From contig NIVC01003159.1 in NCBI GenBank assembly GCA_002269645.1, positions 51,945-115,944 of the forward strand: a DNA stretch of 64,000 nucleotides, written 5' to 3'. This stretch comes from Macrostomum lignano. Lineage: Eukaryota. Positions within the stretch are counted from its first letter, which is position 1. Every line of letters starts with the position of its first letter. Shown in pieces: positions 37,711-50,354 of the stretch. The translations under genes were made by a program, and so were the position numbers. The notes under the pieces are model-generated. The model saw nothing but the letters and a program-made list of their open reading frames with translations. It had not been told where the DNA came from and ran no database searches.

Positions 37711-39684
37711 TTGATCTCACCCCGCATCTCTATCCGTGTCCAAGAAATTTATCTCATTCGCGCCCCCTCTATAAAACTGCAATTCTCGCCAGCTCAACTA
37801 ACTTGCCTGCCAGTGTCTGTCAATCTCTCCATCTGTCTGCTTTGCCCAGCCAGACTCTCACCCCAGTTCCCCAACTTGGCGCCGGGAGGGGGCATCAGAG
37901 AACCCACAGCGCCGCAGTGTTGCCAAATTTATCCCACATTGTTCCCTTTTTAACCGCCACCCATACACTGTATGAAATTCATGTATCTTTTGATTTTTTA
38001 AATTTAAATTCTTTGTACTGTTCGATACGCGCCAGTGTTTATTATATCTTATTTTGTAGAGGGCAGTATTTTTGTTATACAGGGTCTTCTTAATTAGCTG
38101 AACCTGCTATTTTAAGATTAGAAATGTATATATAAAGTTAAATATATAAGATATCTTATATGTGCGTTGACTGCTTTGCCTACTGTCATGGAGTTCCTGT
38201 TTAGTATGTATCAACGATGCTAGAATAACTAGATATGTTCCTGGATAATCTTTTAGAAAAAAGACTTTATCAGTAGCTTGTCTGTGCAGTGTCACTTAAT
38301 TTAATGGGGCAACTAATATTTCTTTTCCTTCCTCTGCGTTTGCGGCCTCATGGGGTTAGAAATAAACAACAAGCGTTTTTAACTCGATGTACACAAAGTG
38401 AGCGCAAGACGAACGAAACTCAGCCAATGAGAGAGCAGTTAAGGAGAGAGAGGTCAGAGAAAGACGGACAAAACTCATTCCAGGCCCAATTTAGCTCAGC
38501 CAATCAGAAAGCAGTGCGCACAAGCGGCCTAGAGAAAGCCTAACTGTTTATCGGCCTGGCTGGGGGCTGGGAGCGCCATCCCTTTTCTGTCTTACTTGCT
38601 ATGCACACGCACTGTATTTGGTTTTTTCAATTTTTCTGCAATATTTAGTCTGAGGCAGTCTGGAGTCGGTAAAACACGATTAGTTTAATAGGTCTGCTTA
38701 TAGAAAGCCAGGGGCTAATTTCGCTACTGAAAAAAGAGTAGATGAGCGCACTTCTGCAAGTGGCATATCCAGTTACTCTAATCTCTGCTATGTACTGCAT
38801 GGATACAGTTGGCAATATTTATCGCTTCGCTCGCGTTTCTGAAGCCGCCCCAACTCTTTCCCACAAGTATTTCCTCCAAATTGCTTTGCTTGGACACGGA
38901 CTTTTATATACAGTAATTGCGTCCTTTTTAAATACTGATTAAAACAGTAGTTTTAACGCGAACACTAATATAATTTGTGAAAATCGTTAACGCTATCTTG
39001 TCTATCGCTTTTCCTGTCCGGTTGGATGAAAATTTATCGAATTGAATGCTTTTAAAGACATGTCTGCCTGTCTACTCCAGAGATTCTGGTTATCAGCAAG
39101 CTTTGCTACTCCATGTGCTGGCCATAAATACTACTCTTTATTTTAGTAACTGATGCGCATATTGCAGGACAAATTTTTACTTCAAGAAATTACAGTTCCT
39201 CAAGCGTGATAGTCGGTTCGCTGGTGTTAGTTGTGGCAAACAAATTTTACTAATTTATCCGGCAACACGCGCTCAGTCTACTCGTAGATTAAGAGCAGTA
39301 CTATACACAAGACTTTATTATATTTATTAATTCAATGCTGAATGGACTTTCTTGTTGATATCTATTACCTTCGGTGTACTTGATGAGTCAGTGTTTGCCA
39401 TTGTCGTTGCGCTTTTGCCTTGTCAATATCAAGGCTTATAAATGTATACTATTCTTGTTTATAGTTGAGTGCAGTCTGTTGATTCATTCATAAATTATAG
39501 CAATTATACATGTATTTGTTAATATAATGTATGTGTGTATGCCATTTTGTGTTTGGCCCACATTATAAACTTTATTATATTATATTTTATCTGGTATCAA
39601 ATACCTACCTTTGTTTCGTTAAAGTTAGATGGATATTGATGTAGAGAAAAATGCATTGTTGAATCTGCATTGCATAATCCGAGA

Positions 39685-40250
39685 CTGGCAGGCACATTCT
39701 TTAATGTACATTGTGTAATCAGCCATTGGCAGACACATTCTTTAATGTCCATTGTGTAATCAGCCATTGGCAGACACATTCTTTAATGTCCATTGTGTAA
39801 TCAGCCATTGGCAGGCACATTCTTTAATGTACATTGTGTAATCAGCCATTGGCAGACACATTCTTCAATGTCCATTGTGTAATCAGCCATTGGCAGACAC
39901 ATTCTTTAATGTCCATTGTGTAATCAGCCATTGGCAGACACATTCTGACATTCTTCAATGTACATTTGTAATCAGCTATTGGCAGACACATTCTGACATT
40001 CTTCAATGTACATTTGTAATCAGCTATTGGCAGACACATTCTGACATTCTTCAATGTACATTTGTAATCAGCTATTGGCAGACATTCTGACATTCTTCAA
40101 TGTACATTTGTAATCAGCTATTGGCAGACACATTCTGACATTCTTCAATGTACATTTGTAATCAGCTATTGGCAGACACATACTGACATTCTTCAATGTA
40201 CATTTGTAATCAGCTATTGGCAGACACAGTCTTCAATGTCCATTGTGTAA
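39685..40250. repeat. Minisatellite, 41-bp unit changing to a 48-bp variant (GCAGACACATTCT...GTAATCAGC(C/T)ATTG)
   Basis: About 12 units in two subfamilies. Confidence 0.95.
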
Positions 40251-41099
40251 TCATTCGCAGTTGACTAAATGTTTTCTAAGAAAGACAGACGGTGTGGAGG
40301 TTACCATGGCAACTGGTTAAAATATGATAATGAAACGAACGCACAGACCAAATGCCAAAATGCTAAAAAAGTAGCGCCAAGGTGTTTAAAGCTGAATAAT
40401 TAAGTAATAAAGCTGGCATGCTACAAATCCAGTTTCACTTTACTGTAAGTTGACAACCACAGCAGCTCTCAGAGGCTGTCAGCTCACTCGTTAACCAGCT
40501 CTCCCGCTCCCAGTGGTTTAACCGCAATCCGATCTCGCACCAAACACGAGCCTCGGCTGTTTTATGCAGGTTTAAACAAGCATTCAAGCTACCAAAACTG
40601 CTGTACAGTCCATTAGTGCAGCGCATGGCTCAAATGCTTTTCTACCCTGCAACTATCTCTCTTTGGTCTCCCTCTTGCGGCATGGAGTGTGCAAGTCTGC
40701 AGTCCTCTGCATTGTCGGTCCATCCATCGTTCTTAGCTGCGCTGGAGACTCAACTATTTTTTTCTTCGAAGAAGAGAGACGTCTAAGTGAGCTGAGGGTT
40801 TTTTACTGTCCGAATGAGAGCAGTGTACTCGAATCTCTATTATAGTCCTCTCTGCCCCCGCCTCTCCCTCATTCTGGTCCGGTGACCTCGGATCCAGGGG
40901 GGGGGGGGGGCGCAGACACTGCTGGCATAACTTTGCTCTGTACGTGCGCAAGTCGTGCTAAGTGTAATGCTCGGGGGGTGGCAGGGACCTTTGTGAATCT
41001 GCTGGACTGGCTTGTTCAATGATTGCTCGATAATTTTGATATGAATATCTAGTAATACAAAACCAGTTTGTTATAAATGACAAGAAATCGACGAACTCA

Positions 41100-42236
41100 G
41101 CGCCATGATACAAGCGGTGGGTGTCAGGATCAGCGCCAATACAAGCGGTGGGTGTCCGGATCAGCGCCAATACAAGCGGTGGGTGTCAGGATCAGCGCCA
41201 ATACAAGCGGTGGGTGTCAGGATCAGCGCCAATACAAGCGGTGGGTGTCAGGATCAGCGCCAATACAAGCGGTGGGTGTCAGGATCAGCGCCAATACAAG
41301 CGGTGGGTGTCAGGATCAGCGCCAATACAAGCGGTGGGTGTCAGGATCAGCGCCAATACAAGCGATGGGTGTCAGGATCAGCGCCAATACAAGCGGTGGG
41401 TGTCAGGATCAGCGCCAATACAAGCGGTGGGTGTCAGGATCAGCGCCAATACAAGCGGTGGGTGTCAGGATCAGCGCCAATACAAGCGATGGGTGTCAGG
41501 ATCAGCGCCAATACAAGCGGTGGGTGTCAGGATCAGCGCCAATACAAGCGGTGGGTGTCAGGATCAGCGCCAATACAAGCGGTGGGTGTCAGGATCAGCG
41601 CCAATACAAGCGATGGGTGTCAGGATCAGCGCCAATACAAGCGGTGGGTGTCAGGATCAGCGCCAATACAAGCGGTGGGTTTCAGGATCAGCGCCAATAC
41701 AAGCGGTGGGTGTCAGGATCAGCGCCAATACAAGCGGTGGGTGTCAGGATCAGCGCCAATACAAGCGGTGGGTGTCAGGATCAGCGCCAATACAAGCGGT
41801 GGGTGTCAGGATCAGCGCCAATACAAGCGGTGGGTGTCAGGATCAGCGCCAATACAAGCGATGGGTGTCAGGATCAGCGCCAATACAAGTGGTGGGTGTC
41901 AGGATCAGCGCCAATACAAGCGGTGGGTGTCAGGATCAGCGCCAATACAAGCGGTGGGTGTCAGGATCAGCGCCAATACAAGCGGTGGGTGTCAGGATCA
42001 GCGCCAATACAAGCGGTGGGTGTCAGGATCAGCGCCAATACAAGCGATGGGTGTCAGGATCAGCGCCAATACAAGTGGTGGGTGTCAGGATCAGCGCCAA
42101 TACAAGCGGTGGGTGTCAGGATCAGCGCCAATACAAGTGGTGGGTGTCAGGATCAGCGCCAATACAAGCGGTGGGTGTCAGGATCAGCGCTAATACAAGC
42201 GATGGGTGTCAGGATCAGCGCCAATACAAGTGGTAG
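41100..42236. repeat. Minisatellite, 31-bp unit TACAAGCGGTGGGTGTCAGGATCAGCGCCAA, about 37 copies
   Basis: Highly homogeneous. All three + frames are open, which produces the spurious 362-409 aa ORFs. Confidence 0.98.
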
Positions 42237-42640
42237 GTGTAGAAAAAGGAAACTTTATTGCAGCTACAAGAGACTGCAGAAATCTAAAACACTTTTAGTT
42301 TTCTAAGAAAGTTTTTTTGTGGGCAGATTGGATCTGTTGGCTTCCAGTCCAGGGTGACTCGGAGGTCCCCTGGTCTCGGGGTCTGGCCAGACCCACCCCA
42401 GCTTGGTTTTGTGTGTTTTTTCTTTCCTTTCTAGCTCGCAAATTCGATCCAAAAAGCCTGCATTTTCTGGCCAAGTTCTAAGTTAGTCTCTGACACTCTT
42501 TTCCACCCGCCTGTCAGGAACTCGGCTTATTGTTTTGACAATAGTTTGTATTTCTCTCTGCATCAGTTTGCGCTTGCAAAGCTCAAGCATTCTATAAGCA
42601 ACTTATCAGGAAATCAGCAAAAAAGCAACTAGAAGCAAAC

Positions 42641-45600
42641 ATGGCTTCCGACGGACCTCTGGCCTGCTGTAGAGTTCTTTGCTGCGTGTTTATTGTGTTC
42701 GTTAACATTATCAGCATTGTGAGTGGCCTGAGGGGGTTGATCTCCTAAATGTAATTGTAAATTATGAGCCTCACAGACTGACATGTTAGTTCTGTTGATT
42801 TAGAAATTGAGCTGATAGTCATTAGAGTGGGTGTCAGAATTAGTGCCGCGCCAATGAGGGTGTCAGGATCAGTCCCAGTGAGGGTGTCAGGATCAGCGCC
42901 AGTGAGGGTGTCAGGATCAGTGCCAGTGAGGGTGTCAGGATCAGCGCCAGTGAGGGTGTCAGGATCAGGTCAATGAGGGTGTCAGGATCAGGTCAATGAG
43001 GGTGTCAGGATCAGCGCCAGTGAGGGTGTCAGGATCAGGTCAATGAGGGTGTCAGGATCAGCGCCAGTGAGGGTGTCAGGATCAGCGCCAGTGAGGGTGT
43101 CAGGATCAGCGCCAGTGAGGGTGTCAGGATCAGCGCCAGTGAGGGCGTCAGGATCGGCGCCAGTGAGGGCGTCAGGATCGGCGCCAATGAGGGTGTCAGG
43201 GTCAGCGCCACTCCGAATCTTCCCCTGCAGATATTCGGAGTGCTGTTCAGCATCCTGGGCATCCTGCTGCTGGTGGGGTCATCCCTGATCCAGTCGATGT
43301 CCTCAACGGCTGCTTCCGACGGTGGCAACCAGACAGTCTCGATGTTCGGCAGCCACGTCAACGTTAGCAACTATTATTCGAGTCTGTCTGTCCTGTCCGG
43401 CTCCATGGCTGGCGTTCTCATCGGGCTGGGGATCGTCATCGTTATTGTGAGCTGCATCGGCTGCTTCGGAGCCTGCATCGGCGTCCCCGCCTGCCTCATC
43501 ATTGTGAGAGCCTGCGGATGTGTGCCATTATTTGGGATATTTGAAGCAGACCTGAAGTTGATTGAAGTTTGTTTTTTCTCTACGTGTAGACAAACTTATT
43601 CAGCCAAAACAAGAAGTAGCTGGAAGAAAATTCTTCTTTATCTTCAAGTCTTTCTGGATTGCCGGAACCGGAACCGGAAGTAGCTCTTAGCCTGGCTGGA
43701 TTGCCAGAAGCGGGAACCGGAAGTAGCTGTTAGTCTGGCTGGATTGCCGGAAGCGGTAACCGGAAGTAGCTCTTAGTCTAGCTGGATTGCCAGAAGCGGG
43801 AACCGGAAGAAGCTTTTAGTCTGGCTGGATTGCCGGAAGCGGGAACCGGAAGTAGCTCTTAGCCTGGCTGGATTGCCGGAAGCGGGAACCGGAAGTAGCT
43901 CTTAGCCTGGCTGGATTGCCAGAAGCGGGAACCGGAAGTAGCTGTTAGTCTGGCTGGATTGCCAGAAGCGGGAACCGGAAGTAGCTCTTAGTCTAGCTGG
44001 ATTGCCAGAAGCGGGAACCGGAAGTAGCTCTTAGTCTGACTGGATTGGTTCAGCCGAAATGAGTGTAGTTTAAGTTTTGTTATAATTTACTGAAAATCAG
44101 GTATTACTCGTAGTTTGATGCCTACCTACACACATAACTAGATAGATACTTTACCTACCAACAAACCATTTTTAGCATATGGACTCTACTACACTGATAA
44201 TTGCATGCAGTTGAAATAGAATGGGGTTTTTCTCGGGGTGGCCTGGTAGGTCTTTGAATCCCACCGCTGCCACCAGTGTTGTACTTGACTGTTTGCTTCC
44301 CGGTTAGGCGCTTAAGATTACCTTAGGACTCGAGCCTCTTCAGTGGGAAGTTCTCTCAACTCTCAGTAGCGTAGGTAGTGCTGCCACCAGTTCCTTCAGG
44401 TCTCGGCCTTCGATGAGGTGAGCGTCCCGTCGGAACGAAATAAACAAGTCAACGAACTCAGCACAGCGTGCAGATTTGCAGATTAATGAACAAGGCGTCC
44501 TGATCAGCAGATCCCCGCCGGGCTCAGGGGTGGCTGGGAAGGCAGTGTTAGCCTCCCTTAGGCTTGGGCTTTAGTGGGGTCTCAGTCAGACCAGTACAAA
44601 CGGATTCAGTACGCAAAGGGCACTTAGTTGGACACTGACGCACACGGGATCTTAGTGAATTCTTCGCAGATAAGAAGCCAAATCCTTGACGGAAACAAGG
44701 GGAGAGGGGTCCTATTTATAGCCGGGAAACACCCACGCACAAGACCTCGTGACTTGTTCTATTTTTAGAACTGACGTCACTTGAGATCTCGAGGCAGGGT
44801 CTCAGTGCGCGCAAGACCTCGTGACTCGTTCTATTTTTAGAACTGACGTCACTTGAGGTCTCCGGCCAGAGTACACGCGGCTGTGACTCAGTTGCTATTT
44901 TTAGCAACATGAGTCACTCCTCTCCTTAGAGAAGGGAGGGGTCCGAAAGCACGTGATTCTCCCGGTAAACAGGGCCAACGAGTGCAGTAAACATGTTTAC
45001 TGCACTTTAGGACTCGAAGAACACAGAGTCTGTCATGTGACTTGCTCACATGACAGAGGAAAACGGGACGGGAACGAAACAGAGACAGCCCACAGCAGAG
45101 AAGCTGAGGGCTGAGAACAGAGACGCAGAAGGGCAGAACAGGCCAAAGGGAGCAACAGACGGGCCAAGGGGGGTGGGAAGCTGACCAGCGGCAGACAGCA
45201 ACCCAGGGCGAGGGCGAGGGAGACTGCTGACAAAGTGGGACGCCTAACATCAACTAGCGGATCACTACACAGTAACTAAGTCAAAGTTTTAGTAACAGCA
45301 GCATCAAAATTAATGCATTTTTCACTTTTCAATCTAATCAGTACGTCGTGTGCGTCAGTCTGCTATTCCTGGGACAAGTTGTCGTCATAATCATGTGGTT
45401 CGTCAACTCCAACATTGTGAGTCATTATACTATTTTCATCGTAAATAATTGTCCCCACCACAAACCCCTCCAGTTCAACCCCACCCCAAGCCACTCCAGT
45501 TGAACCTCCACCCCAAACCCATCCAGTTAAACCCCCCCCCCCCAAACCCATCCAGTTCAACCCCCACCCAAACCACTCCAGTTCAACCCCCAACCTACAC

Positions 45601-48600
45601 CACTCCAGTTCAACCCCCACCTAAACCACTCCAGTTCAACCCCCACCTAAACCACTCCAGTTCAACCCCCACCTAAACCACTCCAGTTCAACCCCCACCC
45701 AAACCAATCCAGTTCAACCCCCACCCAAACCACTCCAGTTCAACCCCCACCTAAACCACTCCAGTTCAACCCCTACCCCACACCACTCCAGTTCAACCCC
45801 CACCTAAACCACTCCAGTTCAACCCCCACCCAAACCAATCCAGTTCAACCCCCACCCAAACCCATCCAGTTCAGCCCCCACCCAAACCACTCCAGTTCAA
45901 CCCCCAACCCACACCACTCCAGTTCAACCCCACCCCACACCACTCCAGTTCAACCCCCACCCCAGACCACTCCAGTTCAACCCTCCCCTACCCAAACCGC
46001 TCCAGTTCAACCCTCCCCTACCCAAACCGCTCCAGTTCAAGCAGGGCACCAGAGACTCACTGCAAGTCCAGGTCTCCAAATTCAAAGGCGACCGCGGCGA
46101 TGACGTGGATTCGGCCAGCCTGAGCATGGTGCAGGCCATGTTCGGCTGCTGCGGCGTTGACAACGGCACGGACTTTCACGTTGGCATCTCCAACTGGAAC
46201 CGGAGTTACACATTGACGGACAAGAACAACAGGACCTTCACTTTCAGTGGGTGTCGCTACCGTGAAATTGACTAACCTATAAACCTAAACCTAAACTTAC
46301 TTAAACTGACCTAAACTGACCAAGACGGGGCAAAACTGACTAAAATACTCTGATCTAATCGCTGGCCATAGCTTGAAATTAATAAACTGGCCTAAGCTGA
46401 TGATAACTCATAAAAACTGACATAAGCTGACCTCAGCTGACATAGAATGACCATAACTGCGCTAAACTAATCAGACCTGACCAATAACTGGCATATGCTT
46501 ACCTAAGCGTGTCTCAAATGCACAATTTAAGAAACTTACCCGAATGAAACTCGCAGATCTGACCTATCCGGTTACCTGCTGCAAGTTTCACCTGAACAAC
46601 TACACCCTAATTGATCCGTATTGCCCGTACAACGGTTCGAGCGATCCGACTGTCAGTAACTCGAATATTGGCTGCCACGGTCGAGTCTGGGAGGTCATCG
46701 ACACCCAATGGCAGTTGAACCGGTTCTTCTATGGGCTGTGTGGGATGCTAGGACTCCAGGTGCGTTTTATTGGGAGGATTAAGAATATTCTACAAGGCCA
46801 TAGACTATAAGGTCATCGACTACAATTAAGGCCATTACTACAAGGCCATAGACAACAGGGCCATAGACTACAAGGCCATAGACAACAGGGCCATAGACTA
46901 CAAGGCCATAGACTACAAAGCGATATACTACAAGGTCACAGACTACAAGGCAGTAGACTACAAAGCCATAGACTACAAGGCCATAGACTACATGGCCATA
47001 TACTACTAAGCCATAGACTACAGCTAAGGCCATAGACTACAAAGCCATAGACTACAAGGCTATAGACTACAAGGCCATAGACCACAAGGCCATAGACTAC
47101 AGCTAAGGCCATAGACTACAAAGCCATAGACGACAAAGCCAAAGACGACAAGGCCATATACTACTAAGCCATAGACTACAAGGCCATAGACTACAAGGCC
47201 ATAGACTACAAGGCCATAGACTACAAGGCCATAGATTTCAAGGCAATAAACTACAAGGCTATAGACTAAAAAGCCATAGACTACAAGGCTATAGACTACA
47301 AGGCCATAGGCTACAAAGCTATAAACTACAAGGCCATAGACTACAAGGCCATAGACTACAAAGCCAAAGATGACAAGGCTATTGACTACAAAGACATTGA
47401 CTACAAGGCCATAGACTACCAGGTCATAGACTACAAGGCCATAGACTACAAGGCCATAGACTACAAGGCTATAGACTCAAAGCCATAGACTACAAGGCCA
47501 TAGACTACAAGGCCATAGACTACAAGGCCATAGACTACAAGGCTATAGACTACAAAGCCATAGACTACAAGGCTATAGACTACAAGGCCATAGACTACAA
47601 GGCTACAAAGCCATAGACTACAAGGCCATAGACTACAAGGCTATAGACTACAAGGCCATAGACTACAAGGCTATAGACTACAAAGCCAGAGACTACAAGG
47701 CCATAGACTACAAAGCGATAGACTACAAAGCCAAAGATGACAAGGCTGTAGACTACAAAGACATAGACTACAAGGCCATAGACTACCAGGTCATAGACTA
47801 CAAGGCTATAGACTACAAGGCCATAGACTACAAGGCCATAGACTACAAGGCCATAGACTACAAGGCCATAGACTACAAAGCGATAGACTACAAAGCCAAA
47901 GATGACAAGGCTGTAGACTACAAAGACATAGACTACAAGGCCATAGACTACCAGGTCATAGACTACAAGGCCATAGGCTACAAGGCCATAGACTACAAGG
48001 CCATAGACTACAAGGCCATAGATTTCAAGGCAATAAACTACAAGGCTATAGACTAAAAAGCCATAGACTACAAGGCTATAGACTACAAGGCCATAGGCTA
48101 CAAAGCTATAGACTACAAGGCCATAGACTACAAGGCCATAGACTACAAAGCCAAAGATGACAAGGCTATTGACTACAAAGACATTGACTACAAGGCCATA
48201 GACTATTAGGTCATAGACTACAAGGCCATAGACTACAAGGCCATAGACTACAAGGCCATAGACTACAAGGCCATAGATTTCAAGGCCATAAACTACAAGG
48301 CCATAGACTACATGGCCATATACTACAAAGCCATAGACAACAAAGCCATTGACAGCAAAGCCATGGACTACAAAGCCATAGACTACAATTAAGGCCATAG
48401 ACTACAAGGCCATAGACTACAAGGCCATAAACTACAAGGCTATAGACTAAAAAGCCAAAGACTACAAGGCTATAGACTACAAGGCCATAGGCTACAAGGC
48501 TATAGACTACAAGGCCATAGGCTACAAGGCTATAGACTACAAGGCCATAGACTACAAGGCCATAGACTACAAAGCCAAAGATGACAAGGCTATAGACTAC

Positions 48601-48896
48601 AAAGACATTGACTACAAGGCCATAGGCTTCAAGGCCATAGACTTCAAGGCCATAAACTACAAGGCCATAGACTAGAAGGCTATGGACTACAGGACCAAAG
48701 ATCTATAAAGTCATAAATGATGAGGCCATAAGCTATAAAAGATAGTAGAACGCATACTGAAGACCCAACCGCACCCCCACAGATTCTGCTCATCATCGGT
48801 GCCCTGGTGATCTTCACCGTAAAGCGCCAAGAGCAGCAGGCCAGCCGCAGTGCCCATGCCGAGGTCGAGTACAAGATGGTGCGGCAGAATATTTGA
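42641..48896 (+). CDS. Tetraspanin, 6 exons (42641-42718, 43231-43503, 45342-45416, 46036-46246, 46557-46759, 48783-48896), 317 aa
   Basis: Four TM helices, GCFGA in TM2, large loop FGCCGVDNGTDF, YPVTCC and NIGC; GT-AG at all junctions; phases 0,0,0,1,0 give an uninterrupted frame. Exon 4 could alternatively start at 46045, also in frame. Confidence 0.92.
42845..43210. repeat. Minisatellite, 24-bp unit GTGAGGGTGTCAGGATCAGCGCCA, in tetraspanin intron 1
   Basis: About 15 units ending 20 nt before the acceptor. Confidence 0.96.
43650..44045. repeat. Minisatellite, 43-bp unit GCTGGATTGCCAGAAGCGGGAACCGGAAGTAGCTCTTAGTCTG, about 9 copies
   Basis: Directly visible; units contain ACCGGAAGT. Confidence 0.96.
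44256..45249 (-). mobile_element. LTR (45249-44277, 973 bp) followed by a tRNA-Leu primer-binding site (44275-44256); internal region missing
   Basis: Minus strand starts TGTTAG and ends TACAACA. After 1 nt comes TGGTGGCAGCGGTGGGATTC, complementary to the tRNA-Leu 3' end GAATCCCACCGCTGCCACCA. Internal TATAAATA near 44715 and a duplicated block of about 50 bp, each copy with TGACGTCA. Confidence 0.78.
45465..46040. repeat. Minisatellite, 26-bp unit TTCAACCCCCACCTAAACCACTCCAG, in tetraspanin intron 3
   Basis: About 22 units running directly into exon 4. Confidence 0.97.
46790..48720. repeat. Minisatellite, 15-bp unit GACTACAAGGCCATA, roughly 125 copies, in tetraspanin intron 5
   Basis: Directly visible; gives (YGLVV)n ORFs on the minus strand. 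Confidence 0.98.
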
Positions 48897-50354
48897 GCTC
48901 TTGATTAAGAAGAAATTCGAAACAAACAACTATGCGGTTTGCAGTCTTTGTAATTTTCACAAACGGTGATGGTGCAAAAATTGCTTCCAATCGAGAAGCT
49001 GGTCTTAGATCAGGCTATGGCGTGCCATTTTACAAATTTTCTACGTTGACACCGACTTATAAGCATGAACTGAACTCAGACTGAGGTTTAGAAGGAATCT
49101 CACTTCTTCCTTTTATCGACTGTAAACAAACATTAGACATTTTTATCATCTCACAGCTCATGTGAGCTTAATTTTTATAATCCTTTTAATAATGTTCCTT
49201 CTTTCACTTGCATACCGAATGAAAGAATTGATGACTGCCTCGGCGGATTTCCCCACCCACTCCTCTCATCTCCCATTCATTCCTCTCCCTTCATCTCAAT
49301 TCCCTGCCCTTCCTCTCCTATTGTCTCTCTTCCCTGGTTCTTTCCCTTCCAGTCTTAGATCCTCGTATACAAAATCTCAAGATCCGTAACCAGCTCCACA
49401 TCCCCAATACTCTGATTCCCCAAAGGGTAGCTACATGTATCAGTCCTTTTCATTTTTCCCATTAATGTAGCCTGCAAGAGTCTATCCAGCATCACAAAAA
49501 ATTATCATATTTCTTTCCTGTACAAACACATTTTCGTTTAAACTTTTCAATCACATTTCGGTTTAATACTCGGTCACGCGAAAAAGATTCGTTTTATTGC
49601 ACCAAGCTCTGAAAGCTATTTGTTTTAATCAATACGTTTTGTAGAATTTTTTACTGCGTCGTAGACTAACAATATATGCTTTATATACTACTGTAGTAGC
49701 TTAATCATGATTGCAACGAAAACCGATTCTAGTTTTAAAAATTCAGTAGAAATCGTTTGCAGCTCCAGCTCGCACAGCTGACTGTTCGGACATTCATTAA
49801 CGAGTTCAAGAAAAAAGTTCATTTCGAAAAAAGTTTACTTTTGTACTGGATAAAATTGTTTTTTATAAATTTAATTCATTGAAACCTTATTTCTACTGTA
49901 TATGCTACTGTCTGTCTGCACTACAGCTAGTACGAAGCATCGTTTCTATAGTGTCTATAATTTATCCCGAAAAATACAAAAAGTGCGTATAACCCTCTAC
50001 TCTACTTTACAAAAACAATAACTGAGTGAATGGAGATTAAAAAATTAACTTATTTCTTTGTTTTACGTATAATAGTTTGACTGCAATAAAAGTATGGAAA
50101 GGTATATATGAGCCTAAACACGCACGTGTCCATGCACAGAGTCAAATATTAACCTCGAGGGGTGGGGAGGTTCCTTAAAGCTGCTAAATTTGTGGTAGAT
50201 TTAAACAAAAACTTAATTTTAAATTTTGAAATTTACAAAAAAATACACACTTCTTGCTTCCATGGTTAGTTTTGATCAGATTTAGTGTGCAATTTATGAG
50301 AACAGTTTAATCCCCATCAGGGTATGGAGATTAGTAATCCCAGATTATCCCTGG

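Noticed and set aside
41077-42306. Three long ORFs of 362-409 aa
   Set aside because: They are translations of a 31-bp tandem repeat that lacks stops in all + frames; there is no unique coding sequence.
47595-48398. 267-aa (YGLVV)n hydrophobic ORF, and FLAG-tag vector contamination
   Set aside because: The ORF is the antisense reading of an intronic 15-bp minisatellite. The array is long, diverged and lacks exact DYKDDDDK or any vector sequence.
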